From contig JAUZTB010000017.1 of NCBI GenBank assembly GCA_034780895.1, positions 33,611,435-33,675,434 on the forward strand: a stretch of 64,000 bases of DNA, read 5' to 3'. Source of the stretch: Rhynchobatus australiae. Its lineage: Eukaryota. Under the pieces are notes generated by a model. It had not been told where the DNA came from and ran no database searches. It saw only the letters and a list, made by a program, of their open reading frames with translations. Both the position numbers and the translations under genes were made by a program. This document shows, piece after piece, positions 12,140 to 25,714 of this stretch (positions within the stretch are counted from its first letter, which is position 1; every line of letters begins with the position of its first letter).

Positions 12140-12545
12140 CTGTATTCTTTGGAATTTGAAAAATGATGGGTGATTTTATTTAAATATAACAGGCACAATA
12201 GGGTGGATATTAAGGTCTTTCCATTAATGGGAGAGCCCGAATGAGGACATGAAGTTGCAAATTAATGGGGTGGCCATTTAAAACTAGGAACTTCTTCTGC
12301 CACAGGCTGGTGAATCTCTGGAATTCGCTACTTCAGAGGGCTATGGAGATTGGGTCACTGGAGATATTTAAATTGGAGGTAGATAAATTTTTGAAAGACC
12401 AGGGTACTGAAGGCTCTGGGGAACTGGCACAGAAGAGTTGAGGCCTGAGGCAGATCAATCATGATTATATCAAATGGCAGGGCAGGTTTGAGGGGCCTGG
12501 TGGCCCACTCCTACTCCTATTTTCTGATGTTCTTGTGTCTTGTAT
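12140..12545 (+). mobile_element. CR1-like LINE 3' end
   Basis: ctttggaattt...ggtgaatctctggaattc...gaggggcctggtggcccactcctactcctattttctgatgttctt; same subfamily as 61714-61905. Confidence 0.8.
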
Positions 12546-13568
12546 GAGCATCTGTGCAACACACTCCATTTGGCCAAAGACCCTTCCTAGAACTGATTCC
12601 TGACTTGCTAACCTGGAGACATATCAGGGCCAATATTGTGTCCTTCCAGTCCCCGGGCACTGCCATCCCTTAATTGCGCCTCAGACTCCAATCTATCTCT
12701 GAAGGAGCTGGAATGGCTGTCTTACACAGACTGCAGCTTGTACTGTATGCGGGCAGTGGCTGCTGCCTTAGAAATTGTCCCAAGGTGGAAATCAAGTGGG
12801 GGGAACAACTTAAAGTTTATGAGCCCAACAGACGCGGAATAGCTTCTGCTGCAGCCTATTGTAATCTTACAAACATAGCGTCATCTCCATTCTTATTAAA
12901 ATTAAAATAAATTTAAATGCCCACTTCCCTTTGAATGGATAAATTAATTAGGAAAATTATCATTAAACTCTCTCTTCCCTGGCTGCCCTGCATTGTTTCA
13001 TGACTGCTTTATCCCACACACGCCCTTTCTGCTCTCTCTGTGCTGGTTTCCTTCTTGAATCACTGAAATGAACTGCACAGTTCAAGAATTTTTACTTCTG
13101 AGATTTTCTGTTACTTCAAAATCAAATTACGTTACGACTACTGTTGGCTGAACAATCACGGCAACACATTGCACTTGGCTGTGCTTTGGCCAGCAGGCTC
13201 CAGGCTCCTTTGATTCGGTTTCAAGTGGCACTGATTATGGATCAATGCAACATGAGGTACTTGGACAGCGTGGACTGGATGCAAATGCTCCTCTCAGAGC
13301 TGACAAGGAATAAAAGAAATAGTTATGAAGTACCTTGCTCAATTCTCTTGGCAAAATAATTCGCAATTGCGTTTTATTTTAGAAGCTTGCTATTGCATTT
13401 ATTCAGATCTTTAAGAAACCATAAATAAGGAAACAGAAAGTGCTAGAAACACACAGCAGCTAAGGCAGCATCTGTGAAAAGAGAAATGGAGTTAGTTTCC
13501 AGGCCAATGATCCTCCCTGTGTATATGCTGGATTGCAGTGCTGTCATACAGTGCTGGAATGCAGTGCA

Positions 13569-13833
13569 GGCGTGGTAGTGTAGCGATTAGTGTAACGCTT
13601 TACAGCGCCAGCGGCATGGGTTCAAATCCAGTCACTGTCTGTAAGGAGTTTGTACGGTCTCCCTGTGTCTGCATGGGTTTCCTCCAGGTGCTCTGGTTTC
13701 CTCCCACTTTCCAAAAGATGTACAAATTAGGAAGTTGTGGGCATGCTACGTTGGCGTTGGAAGTGTGGCAACACTTGTGGGCTGCCCCCAGAACACTGTG
13801 CAAAAAGATGCATTTCATTGTTTGTTCCGATGT
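13569..13833 (+). mobile_element. tRNA-derived V-SINE (HE1-like)
   Basis: A box tagtgtagcga, B box ggttcaaatcc, core ctgtctgtaaggagtttgtacg...gggtttcctcc...ggtttcctcccac. Confidence 0.88.
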
Positions 13834-14210
13834 AATGCAGAATAACAGCATGCAGGAGGTGGTAGTTCAGCAGGGAAGGGACCCAGACTTCTACTCACTG
13901 CTTCTTGGAGAGCCATGCATTTTGAGCACAGGAGATCTGCTACAATGACCAAGAAATTTCTCCCTTCCATGAATCAATAAAGTCCTCTCCATGCCCACCC
14001 TAACCATTGTGTTTTTATCTCTCAGTCTGCATTGTTAATTGATAATTATTTCTCTAGTTTTCGATACACAGCTTTGAAGCTTTGCTCACCTGTTCATTCG
14101 TACCATTTACAACTCAGTAAAAACGTCCCTACAGTATAATTGTGACATTAGTATTCTCTGTGGGTTTTTAATGTCTGAGGAAATCCATCTGCCGAATGTG
14201 CAGGCAAGTA

Positions 14211-14573
14211 CAGTAAAACACCAATAATTCACTATTCAGCTATTTGGAAATCCCAATGATTCAGTATTCGGCTTACCAGGTGATGTTCGTCATGCTCACT
14301 GTCAGTTTATAGCCAGGCTCCCAGTTCCTGTGTTCCCTTTCCAGTCACCTGGTCCCCAGTTCCCACAATTGCTTTAAATTCACCTGGTTTGTACTGTATG
14401 TCTGCGCTCCCTTGAAACTTACCAGGTTCACTGGAAAATTTATTATTCTGCAGTTTAACATCTTAAAAAAGTGAATCAAAAGTTTGTTAACGAATAATAC
14501 CCAAAAGTCTGGAAAGGTTGCTAGTCCAGCATCACCAAAATCCCAACTGTCTCAGATTAATGGAGTTTTACTG
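14211..14573 (+). mobile_element. Tc1/mariner (Tigger/pogo-like) MITE, copy 2, complete
   Basis: TA|CAGTAAAACACCAATAAT ... ATTAATGGAGTTTTACTG|TA: 18-bp TIRs (16/18 match) and TA target-site duplication. Confidence 0.85.
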
Positions 14574-14999
14574 TACACATGGAACACGGGGAGTTCAAAC
14601 AAGGGATACTCAAGAACTCCTCATTCACTGCCTCTCTGGAATTTCCTTTAAACAGTGTTGCAAGAGCAGTTAGTCACATGATACAATCTTTAAAGAAGTA
14701 ATAGCCTTAAAGCAAAGACCGCAGTAATAGTTCCATACCTGTTACTTAAGAGTTTCTTAAGAGAACTGCTTGAAGCATTAGACTGAAAGTCACAAGAAAA
14801 TCAATGAACAGTGAAAATAGGTTTTCCTTTAATTCTATGATGACTTGCAATGTACAAATTGCCTTACAGTCTCTTCGCCCTTCCACTGCAGAACTCACAG
14901 CATCCAACATATGTGTCATGACAACCCAAAAATCTACTTTACGGACCATTGATTTCTCAGGATGCTTTGGAGTCATTCAGTTATTTCTTTACAGATTAA

Positions 15000-15995
15000 A
15001 AACTCATGGTATTGGTTAATAGACAGAAAGCAGGGATAAATGGCTCATTTCAGGTTGTCAAACTAGAGGGATCAATGCTGGGCCTTCAGTCACTTGCAAT
15101 CTATGTTAATGAAATGGATGATGGGACAATATGCTAATGATGAAAAAAAGGTGGGAAAATAAGTTATAAGGATATAAGAAGTCGACAAAGAGATATGAAT
15201 GAGTTACGTGATGGGCAAAAAGATAGCAGATGGGGTATAATGTGGGATAATGTGGGATTATCCACTTGGTAGAAAGAATAGGAAAACTATTATTTAAATG
15301 ACATGAGGCTATTGTATATGAGATGAGAGAGATTTGTGTATCTTTATAAAAGTAATTCAAAAAATTTGCATGCAGGACAGCAATCAGTTAAGAAGGTAGA
15401 TGGAATGTTGCCCCTTTTTGCAAAGGGAATGGAATGTAATGTTATCTAATCCTAGTCACNNNNNNNNNNNNNNNNNNNNNNNNNNNNNNNNNNNNNNNNN
15501 NNNNNNNNNNNNNNNNNNNNNNNNNNNNNNNNNNNNNNNNNNNNNNNNNNNNNNNNNNNNNNNNNNNNNNNTGGGATGAGGACATTGTTTTACAAAGAAG
15601 CATTGAGCAAAATGGGGCAGTATTCTCTGGAGTTTAAAAGAATGAAAGATCTTATTGAAATGTATAAAGTTCTGAGGGGGCTTGAAAGGGTAGATGCCTT
15701 AAGGATGTTTCCCCTCACGAGGCAATTTCAAATCAAGAAGCATAGTTTTAGGATAAGGGTCAGGCCACTTAAACTGAGATGAAGAAGAATTTCTTCTCTC
15801 AGAGCAATATGAACCTTTGGAATTTTCCAATGTTAAGAGCTATGGAAGCCAAGTGATTAAATATATTCAAAGCTGAGATACATGGATTTTTAGACAACAC
15901 AAATAAGAGCGATGAGGACCATATCAGAAAGTAAAGTTAGGGCCAAGACCAGATTGAATGGCAGAGAAGATTTGAAGGAAACATCTTTCTGTTCC
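15000..15995 (+). mobile_element. CR1-like LINE 3' part (contains N-gap)
   Basis: ORF remnant YSLEFKRMKDLIEMYKVLRGLERVDALRMFPL. Confidence 0.8.
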
Positions 15996-16611
15996 TAATA
16001 TTTAAGGAGCAGAAATAGGTTCCCTCTTATTGTAAATAGAACACACCAGAGTGCAGGTAGATTTACCTTGATTATTCACCTGTCTCAGTGATTGCAGCTT
16101 CAAAGTGGTTCAGTGACTCATGCCACTCTCTCTGGGACCATTCCTATTCTGAGTCTTGCCTTAAGCAACAAAGGGTATTTTTTTATTGTTGGGTCTAAGC
16201 TCTGATATTTGCTTATAACGTTGTGGAATCAGTGTCAACCAAGGAAAGGAATTAGGTAGTTCAGTGAAAGTAGTTCCTGCAACAAAGATGATGAGCAAAA
16301 AGAGAATTGCGAAACTGGTGGTAAATCAAATGTCAGCTGCTGGTTGTGTGTCACCTACCATGCATTGCTTTTCTATTGTGCACAACCCTTCTCCGTCCCT
16401 CATCCCTTTCCATTAATTTAAAATTGTTCTTACCTAATTTCAAACAAATGAAGCATATTCCATCCTCATGACTTTTCTTAAAAGGACATTTTAAATTTTG
16501 TTCTAAATTATTTGTGTTTGCTACTTGTCATTTTAGAAGCAGGAGCCCATTCTGTAAACTAGATGCTAAAGCAATATTTCAACCATCTGGTGCCTGGAGT
16601 ACAGTATCAAC

Positions 16612-17360
16612 ATGGTACACAGTGTAGCGGTTAGCGTAACGCTCTTACAGTGCCAGCCACCCAGGTGCAAGTGTGCTCTATATGCTCCATACAAAGAAGG
16701 TACACCAGTGCCTCTACTTTCTTAGAAGCTGAAGGAGATTTGGTATTTCACCAAATACTCCTCCAAACTTCAACAGATGCACTGTTGAAAGTAGCCTGAC
16801 TGGTTGCATCACAGCCTGATATGACAATTCCAATGCCCAGGAATGAAAGAGGCTGCAGAGAGTAGTGAAAACAATCTGGTCCAACACCGGCACAGCCCTG
16901 CCCACTATTAACAACATCTTAAGGAGGTGCTGCCTCAAGAAGGCGGCATCTATCATCAAGGATCCCCACCATCCGGTCATACACACTTCTCCTTGCTACC
17001 GTCAGGCAGGAAGTACAGAAGTCTGAAGTCGCACACCACCAGGTTCAGGAACAGCTACTTTCCATTAAGTTCTTGAACTTACCTGCACAACTCTAGCCCT
17101 ACCTCAGCAATGGAACACTACAGACCACCTCTACATTACCACGGACATGTCTTGATGTGTTTTTGTGTTTTTTTGCACTAAGGTCTTGCTTTTGCACAGT
17201 TTTTTTTTCACTGTATAGTATAATTATATGTATAATTTATGTATAATTTATATTCTGTGTGTTCTCTGTACCTATATACCTGCGATGCTATTGCAAGCAA
17301 ATTTTTCATTGTACCTGTACCTCACCGTACTGTGCACATGACAATGGACTTGACTTGAAT
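16612..17360 (+). mobile_element. V-SINE head fragment (16612-16665) followed by Rex1/Babar LINE 3' part
   Basis: gtgtagcggttagcgtaacgctcttacagtgccag; then RLYFLRS*RRFG...FNRCTVESSLTGCITA...GRKYRSLKSHTTRFRNSYF; (CTTGA)n tail. Confidence 0.85.
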
Positions 17361-17830
17361 TGACTCAAGGTGGCCTTACAACTCTGGTATGTGCTCTGCT
17401 ACCCTCTATCCCATTCCAAGATTCATTTTTCCATAATGGTTTGTGCAGAAAGGTTAAAGTAATGGTGAGATTTGATGAAAAAAACAACTTTCATTGAACA
17501 GAGCTCCGTAACCTTGTTCAGTTCGCCGACCTTCAGCACCTCTGTTACCTTCCTACTACTAATCTTAATTCATCTTTATCCGCTTTAAGACCCAGGCATA
17601 CAATGTCAATTTGCATTTTTCCCCATATCTCTCTTTCAAACCTGATTTATTACATTGCAAAGCATGATAGTCATATAGTGGTAGAAAACTCTTTCAAATG
17701 TCAAGTGGTGAAAGGTTTTGTAACGTACAAGGACAAAATTCCTTGAGACATCACAATTCTTGAAATTACTGACAGGCTGTGGCTGGCTTATCTGAAAATC
17801 ACGAGTACGCTATCTCCTTTAGCATTGGTT

Positions 17831-18182
17831 CAAAGTGAAAGTCAAAGTCAAAGATGAGTTCATTGTCAAATGCACAAGTACATGTATGCTGAGGTGCAAT
17901 GAAAAACTTACTTGCAGCAGCATCACAGGCATAAGAATTCACAAGAAAAACATTAATTATACACACTTTTTATAAGAACGAACACAATTAGAACAAAAAA
18001 AAGTCGCCATTTTAGTGCAAAGTAAACAAAATGGTCATAGTGTTGCTAAACTGTAGTGATTAGGGTTTTGCTGGTTGGTTCAAGAACCGAATGGTTGAAG
18101 GGAAGTTGCTGTTCTTGCACCTGGTGGTGTTGGACTTCAGGCTTCTGTACCTCCTGTCTGACAGTAGCTGTAAGAAGATGGC
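17831..18182 (-). mobile_element. Rex1/Babar LINE 3' end
   Basis: Reverse complement of aggtacagaagcctgaagtc...ggttcttgaaccaa...tgcacctcagcatacatg; homologous to 42960-43413. Confidence 0.85.
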
Positions 18183-18339
18183 AAAACCAACCAGCCTGCT
18201 GAAAAGAAGACTGAATAATTAGTATTCACCCATTAAACAAAATCTGCCTCTAAATAATAGGGAAAGAAGTATGCTCCACCATGGTGACACAGTGCTCAGT
18301 CACCAGATTTATGTAAGGGATTAATATTAATTGTTCACT

Positions 18340-18994
18340 GTTCACCTGTCTACATCAATGGTGCTGAGGTCAAGAGAGTTGAGACCTTCTAGTTCCTAGG
18401 AGTGAACATCACCAATAGCCTGCCCTGGTCCAACCACATAGATACTACAGCCAAGAAAGATCATCAGTGCCTCTAATTCCTCAGGAGGCTAAAGAAATTT
18501 GGCATGTCCATCTTGACACTCACCAACTTTTATCGATGCACTATTGAAAGCATTCTATCTGGATACATTATGGCTTGATATGGCAACTGCTCTGCCCAGG
18601 ACCGCAACAAACTGCAGAGAGTTGTGGGCACAGCCCAGCACATCATGAGAACCAGCCTCCCCTCCATGGACTCTGACTATACTTCTCACCATCTTGGTGA
18701 AGCTGCCAACATAATCAAAGACCCTACCCACCTGAGTCATTCTCTCTTCTCCCCTCTCTCATCAGGCAGAAGATACAGGAGCCTGAGGGCACATACCACC
18801 GGGCTCAAGGACAGCTACTATCCCACAGTGATAAGATGATTGAATGGTTCTCTTATACAATGAGACGGACTCTTGACCTCACAATCTACCTTGTTATGAC
18901 CTTGCACCTTATTGTCCACCTGCACTGTACTTCCTCTGTAGCTGTGACACTTTACTCTGTATTCTGTTATTGTTTTTACCCTGTACTACCTCAA
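18340..18994 (+). mobile_element. Rex1/Babar LINE 3' part, running into an N-gap
   Basis: ORF remnant TAQHIMRTSLPSMDS...GRRYRSLRAHTTGLKDSYYPTVIR. Confidence 0.88.
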
Positions 18995-20479
18995 NNNNNN
19001 NNNNNNNNNNNNNNNNNNNNNNNNNNNNNNNNNNNNNNNNNNNNNNNNNNNNNNNNNNNNNNNNNNNNNNNNNNNNNNNNNNNNNNNNNNNNNNNNNNNN
19101 NNNNNNNNNNNNNNNNNNNNNNNNNNNNNNNNNNNNNNNNNNNNNNNNNNNNNNNNNNNNNNNNNNNNNNNNNNNNNNNNNNNNNNNNNNNNNNNNNNNN
19201 NNNNNNNNNNNNNNNNNNNNNNNNNNNNNNNNNNNNNNNNNNNNNNNNNNNNNNNNNNNNNNNNNNNNNNNNNNNNNNNNNNNNNNNNNNNNNNNNNNNN
19301 NNNNNNNNNNNNNNNNNNNNNNNNNNNNNNNNNNNNNNNNNNNNNNNNNNNNNNNNNNNNNNNNNNNNNNNNNNNNNNNNNNNNNNNNNNNNNNNNNNNN
19401 NNNNNNNNNNNNNNNNNNNNNNNNNNNNNNNNNNNNNNNNNNNNNNNNNNNNNNNNNNNNNNNNNNNNNNNNNACTGGTTGCTCAGTTGGACCCAGAAAT
19501 GGAAACACAATAGATCAAGGAGTCTGAGGCAATTTTCTAGCCCTTTGTTTTTAGGAAATAGTTAACCCTGAGGAATAGCTTTCTCTGGGAATTAGTTAGC
19601 CTAGGGGGTGACTATGGGGATGTTTCATTACAGCTAATAGCTAAAGGATTACTAATAATAGCTAGATTAATTACACATTGTGATTGAGTGCCTTAATTAT
19701 GGTTATAACCTTCCTGTCCTTTCCTTGGTACAGTTGGAGTAACACAGTGAAGCCTATTCCTCTTTTTTGTGTGTTGTTCACATGTGTATATCCCACAGAG
19801 ATGGCCCGGTAGACTTCAGTAACTATGCCATTTCCTTCCCTTTAACCCAGAGCCAATTCACAGCACATCTAGTTCCAACAGAGATCAGATAATTCAGTCA
19901 AGGTCAGTGGTTGAACAAGGTCTGTACGTCTTATACCTAAAGGATTACTAATAATTGTCTTATCTGTCTACTGGCTAGACTTATGATATAATTAGAGGGT
20001 CTTTATGACTGTTTCAACTGTGCTCTATTGTAAATCAAAAGAGCTGCTAATGCAAATCTGAAATAAAAGTTGGAAACACACAGCAAGTATGGGAAGGGAA
20101 ACAGAGTTAATATTTCAGGTGTAAGAAGGTTGGTCAGGTCTGAAACTCTCTTTCCCCTTTTTTATAGAAGCTGCCTGATCTGCTGAGTGTTTTTGTCATT
20201 TTCTGAATGTGTGACCAAATGCAAAGACGTTTTCCTCAAGAATTCTTTGTGGTCTGGTGAATGAAATATATGCAAAGTGCCNNNNNNNNNNNNNNNNNNN
20301 NNNNNNNNNNNNNNNNNNNNNNNNNNNNNNNNNNNNNNNNNNNNNNNNNNNNNNNNNNNNNNNNNNNNNNNNNNNNNNNNNCCAGGCTGAAGAATTTTCT
20401 ACTCTGACTCACTGATATATTTTTAGTTTAAAGAACAACTTCTCCTGCACCAGGGGGATTTCCAGTTCTTTAAATCAGT

Positions 20480-21300
20480 GCATTCTGGTTCCACACTTTA
20501 CATCAGTGTGTTCTGGTTCTTGTCTCGTCAGCTTCCTACTATCACATTGCCAAAATTCTTCAAGAGTTTGAAAATCTCCCCTTACTCCAGGGAGACTAAT
20601 CCCAGTTTCTCTAGCCTACCCATATAAATGAGATCCCGCCTCCCTGATAATGAGGGAGTGAATCTCCTGATGCAGGGTCTCGACCATCCCTTTGCCCCCA
20701 CAGATGATGCCTGATCCACTGAGTTCCTTCAGCAGCTTGTTTTTTTGCTCCAGATTTCTTGTACTCCCTTCCTAAAGTTTGGTGAGCACAATACTAAGCT
20801 GAGCCCTAAGCAATATTTTATAAAGATTTAATACCATTTGTACTCAACAGTTCTATTTATAAGGCCAAGTATCTTGAACTTTTAACAGCCTTCTCCACTT
20901 ATCCCACCAGATTCGATGATTTCCGTGCATATATCACTAGGTTTCTCTGTTCTCGCGCTATAAGTTGTAACATTTAGCTCATATTACTCTCCTTATTCTT
21001 TCCCACAGAATTAATCATTTCATTATTTGCTGCATTAAATTTTATTTGTCATTTCAGTAGTCTGTCCACGTCCGAAGATCTAATGTAACCCATTCACTGT
21101 TAACTATCTTTCTGAATTTTGTAACACCAGCATACTTTTAATTATGTCCTGAATACCCAAATCTTGGTCATAATTATGCATCTGTAAGGGTAGTGGTCCC
21201 AATACCAAACCTTACAAGACACCACTGTATGTTTTCCTCCTATCTGAAAAGAAAATAATCACCATTATACTTTGCATTTACCTCCTTGGCCAAACATCAT
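20480..21300 (-). mobile_element. Decayed CR1-like LINE with nested Penelope terminal-repeat fragment (~20665-20757)
   Basis: CR1-like plus-strand text (agtggtcccaatacc...acaccactg) interrupted by cctgatgcagggtctcgacc...cagatgatgcctgatccactgagttcc. Confidence 0.55.
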
Positions 21301-21429
21301 AGAAATTAAATTGTGCAGATTAACCCTTTGGAGTACCTAATACTTTTTGGAGTTTGCCCAGCTGTTAACTATTAAAAAACATCCACTTTCATCTCAAGGA
21401 ATTTCATTTTGCTAATCCTTAAACATCTA

Positions 21430-21850
21430 CATATGTAGGCACAACATTCATATGCTAGACACCAGACCCTTGAAACAGGCACTCTGTTCCAAGCTCCATC
21501 ACAGCAGGAGTTCACCAGGCAGAGAGGGGAAAAGATTCAAGGATGTTCTCAAGGTCTTCTGAGAAAAACCTCTCCACCATCTCTTGGGAATCCATGGTTC
21601 ACAGCCACTCGAAACGGAGGAGCATTCAGGATGGAATTGAAAACATTAATTGGGACCACACAGAAGCCCAGCGTAAGTGGCAGAAGGAGTGCACTATCTC
21701 CCAAGCTATCCACCTACTCACCCTATCAGAGCCCTCCTGCCCCACCTATGGCAGAGTTTGCAGGTTCCACATTGGCCTCACCAGGTACCCCAGAACCCAC
21801 AGAAGTGGAATAAAAGCAAGTCATCCTTGATCTGGGGGACTGCCTAAGAA
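21430..21850 (+). mobile_element. RTE-clade LINE 3' end
   Basis: DTRPLKQALCSKL...KRFKDVLK...WESMV...CPTYGRVCRFHIGLTRYPRTH, a degenerate RTE C-terminus with C2H2-like ending. Confidence 0.8.
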
Positions 21851-23095
21851 GATATATACACAACAGACCAACTATCACCAGCCCTCTCTTCTTTTCCCTC
21901 CAAAATCTTGTTGCTCATGAGATTACTGTGGATGATTGCATCAAACTCACAGCATTTGCCAAAGCCTGGATTATAGGTGATGACCAACCCCTTAAATGAG
22001 GCCCAACCCCCCCCCACTCTGTCTTTTTCTAGACTGCGACAATAGCAGTATGGTTCTTATCAGCTTGATTTAACCTGTTCTTTCCCCTCCTTTGATCCTC
22101 TCGCCTGGTTCCACTCCTCTCACTTTGCATTTGAAACCTTTGTCGATGCCAACCCAAGCATAATAAAAATTTCCTCATAACACCTTCACTGCTTTCTTCC
22201 CTCAGCCTTTGGACTGAGTAGCACCGCATCCTTGATATTTCAGCCTTCGCCTCAATGCATCATATCTCTCTGTCCTCTACCTTTGTTGCTCTCCTTACAT
22301 AACCCCCTCATCTGTGTAAACTCCCACTGGATAATCACAGTCATCTTCTTAATCTTGTCATACCAGGTCATTACAACCACAAATAGGGCGAGCTCTGAGC
22401 TCTGATATTTCCTTTGTAACATCCCCTATCCCAATCCCCTTCCTCACACCATTTCCACCAGGAACAAGCTTTCTTTCTATCAATATAGTTGGATCTGGAC
22501 TTTCAAAATCTCAGACTCCAAGCATTTTGCTTTCCATCCACCACCAAAATGTCCTACCACACCCTCACCCTATCTCAGTAAACTAGTTCCTCCTCTCATC
22601 TTCCCTGGTACCACCTTATCCCTTAAGTCTGGGCCCATTTGGTGCTGTTATAGGTCTAAGGGAATGGCTACAAAGTAACATTCAGTATTATCTCTTTAAT
22701 TGTGAGGTACTCTGGATACCTAGAGGAAGTGTTAAATTGCTTTCCAAATGGAAGTATCTTTCCCCCTGAGTTCCTATTTACATTTCATATGCGGATGGAA
22801 TTGCTGTGTATTTTCAGTTTTTATCTTAGATTTCCAGATGGTATAGTTTCTATCTTGAAGGAGAAATTGCATATTCTTTGGGGCAACAGTGGGGTTATAT
22901 TTAAATGAAAATCTAGAAATGGATAATTGTGTTGAATTACATGTAACCAGTTCTGGGGAAGAGTGGCAGGTGGTATTTGCTTCAGTGAAACAAGATAGAT
23001 TGATCTTACATTGGGTCACTAAACAGATTTTGGGAGCAATGAGCAATATGTACCAAGGAACAATGCAAGACACAGACAACATTGATTATTGAATA

Positions 23096-23101
23096 TTTAT
23101 T
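23096..23101 (-). terminator. Candidate distal polyadenylation signal AATAAA
   Basis: Plus-strand tttatt at 23096-23101; the minus strand then reads ...tgttgtctgtgtcttgcattgtt, a GU-rich downstream element. Confidence 0.55.
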
Positions 23102-25314
23102 CATATGAACAGTACAAGATTATATTAATATGAAGCTTTAGCAATACAATATACAGGAATTGCATTAAAGGCATGTATTGGTTAAGGCACAGTGTAAAAG
23201 CCAACTCAATTCTGAAAATAAATATATTTCTGGTCACTTGCTAGTAAGTCACTAAGGAATACAGTTGATTAAAGCTTAAGCAGTATTCTCTGGAAGTTAA
23301 GTATACCTTCTGCTGCATTCACTATTTTGTATTTCGCTGTAGCCATTATTCATATTAAATGTTACGACATTAAATTGAAACGTCTGTATGTTTAATGCTG
23401 ACTTTTCTCTGGGTGAAGTTCTCAGTGCTGGAAAATGCATGTAATTAAGTTTATCCTTCCTTGATTTCTCATTCGGTTGCTTCACCCTTCCCCACATTTT
23501 CATTTCATGTCCTCAATTGGTGAAAAAGGGACATTATCATTGTGAACCTGCACAAATCCAATGTCTGAGTTGCCTGCAATCTGGCAACAAGAGGAGAATG
23601 TCAAAGGAGAATGATTTGCAACATCCAGTTTTCCTTTCCCAAGGTGGGATGTTTCACTGTGGCCAGAGACTTGGTTGTCAAACAATAACTCTCGCACATC
23701 TGAGGAGAGAAGGTAGGAATGATGAGTGCCTTTTGAGTGACCTGAGCTGTGAACCTAGTGCGTCAGGGATTCAACTACGAGCTGGTCCTAATAAAAGACT
23801 AAGTGCATAAGCTGTGATGTCTGATGGGTGGAAGGTTTGATTTGGGTGTAGTCTGACAATACTCCTAGAAGTGAATACAAATGCAATGTTTTGACGTAAG
23901 ACAGAGGGCAAAAATAACATCCCTGCTCACCTCAGAATCACAAGACAGTGTCCTATGCTCAATGTGGAAAGTTTTGTAGGACAGGAAACTTTACAGCTGT
24001 GAAGTAAATGCATTAGTCACCAGTGAATTACAATTAGTATTCTCTGGGCCCATGTGCTGACTTTTTGCCAGCTGCTCTGCTTAAAACTGCTGGCATTCAG
24101 TTGCTCAAACTGAAGTCCCAGACTTTGTGTAAGTGCTGTGGGATGCTGACGTCTAGAACTTAATGAGGGATTTGGGATAATGGGAAAATTGCTTCTTGGC
24201 TTCTGTTCCAGCTTGGACCTGACATAGGATTTGTCACTCTGCAGCAGGGTACGGATTGAGAAGGCCAAAGAAAAAAATATTTTGCACCACTCTAATATAT
24301 TAAATTGTTTATAACTTCTTATACAATTTTAGACGATCATTTAACAAAAAATAACTTTGATTTCTGCTAATTATTAACATAAATGTTAGTAGTTTTAACA
24401 TGTGTCTGAATATCAAAAGACATTAAAAAACTACCAAGATCTATTAGAACTTTTACAGTTGTCATTGTCAGGTGCCAAAGGCTGTCAGGAGGGTCTTGAA
24501 ATGTGCCCAAGACCCTGTCCCTGCTCAGGCTGTGTGATTGGACCTGGTATGCAGAAGGGAATAAAGACTGATCTTTTTCATCCAACCTAGTGAGTTGGCA
24601 CGGGAAGGCAACATACTTTGGTTCTGGGTGAGGGGACGGGATCAGCCTGATTTGGCACTCTGTACTAACGGAAACAATTACCGTGGAAAGGCATATTCTC
24701 ACTGATGTGAGAGAATTGACTATTTTGCTTTTGTCTCTGCCCTTTCATCATCCCAGTATGTCCCAAAATCAATATTTAAAGACAATGAGGTTGGGATTAT
24801 TAGAAAATTATTTACAATACGAGAGCACAACATGAGCACTACTATAAAAGACGATGCCCAGAACAAATTTTCTTTTGCCATATCCAGAACTCTGATGTGT
24901 AATTTGCAGGCCTTTAAAACTGAGCTGCTGGCAAAAGTCACCCATTTAAAATTACTTCTAATTCAGATGGCAAAGGTGACATTGGTGGCGAATTCTGTCA
25001 GGGATGTCAAGTGGGGGTAAAATAACTTATAACTGCCAAAGGTTTTACTATTCACAATTTATACAAAATTACAAAGGACCTGGTGACATATTTGAACCTG
25101 TAAAACAAGATTGCACTGAACGTGTCCCATCACGCAATAGTTCGCTAACATTTGAGGTAATTCATTTCATTGCAAACAACCAACAGGAAACACTTTAAAA
25201 CACAGTTGCCATCAACACTTTGAGAAGAAACTCTGTATAATGAAAAAATCTGAAACTGTTTACATTGACATTTGATATGTAAAATGAAGTAAATGGCTAC
25301 AGCAAAAGACCAAT

Positions 25315-25320
25315 TTTATT
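25315..25320 (-). terminator. Candidate proximal polyadenylation signal AATAAA
   Basis: Plus-strand tttatt about 250 nt after the stop codon. Confidence 0.3.
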
Positions 25321-25572
25321 TTAGATATTTAAACACAAGGAAAGATTAAATAAGCATTTTAAAAATCACAATGAAAATAACCTATTTCTCCAGCTAGGTT
25401 TTCATTCAGCCGCTTGGAAACGAACTGTTAATACATGTAAATCAAATTGAATCAAGATTTTAAAAACTGCATGAACTAAGAGCCTATAAAGAAGAATTGC
25501 ATCAAGTAAGGAAACAGCTAGCTGCTGTTTGACGTTCCATAAAATGCCTTCTGTGTTGTGAAGAATAAAACA

Positions 25573-25714
25573 TTAATTATTCTTTTCCAGAGAGGAGTAG
25601 TATTCTGTCAGCACCTTCCAAGCCTTCGGTGCCATGAAGCCATCAGGTGGATTTTTATTTTCACGGGCAAGCTGTCTCATACGGGTGCCTGAGATGAAAT
25701 CAAAACTGTGTGAT
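25573..25714 (-). CDS. PAPSS2: PAPSS2 last coding exon 12 (142 nt including TAA)
   Basis: ttttAG|ATCACAC... (R)[46 protein letters not shown]; stop at 25575-25573. Confidence 0.97.

Larger units (their letters stand above)
23080..25572 (-). other. PAPSS2: Probable PAPSS2 3' UTR (~2.5 kb)
   Basis: AT-rich stretch with no recognisable TE after the stop codon, ending at an AATAAA followed by a GT-rich tract. The end point is inferred. Confidence 0.55.

Noticed and set aside
18836-19527. Long ORFs of 174-225 aa (also 59685-60140, 29873-30466, 55298-55930)
   Set aside because: Their length comes from reading through N-gaps; the called residues are TE-derived or random.
1-23000. Expected 3' exons of the tetrapod neighbour ATAD1 on the plus strand
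   Set aside because: No AAA-ATPase or ATAD1 C-terminal peptide recognised; probably outside the window.
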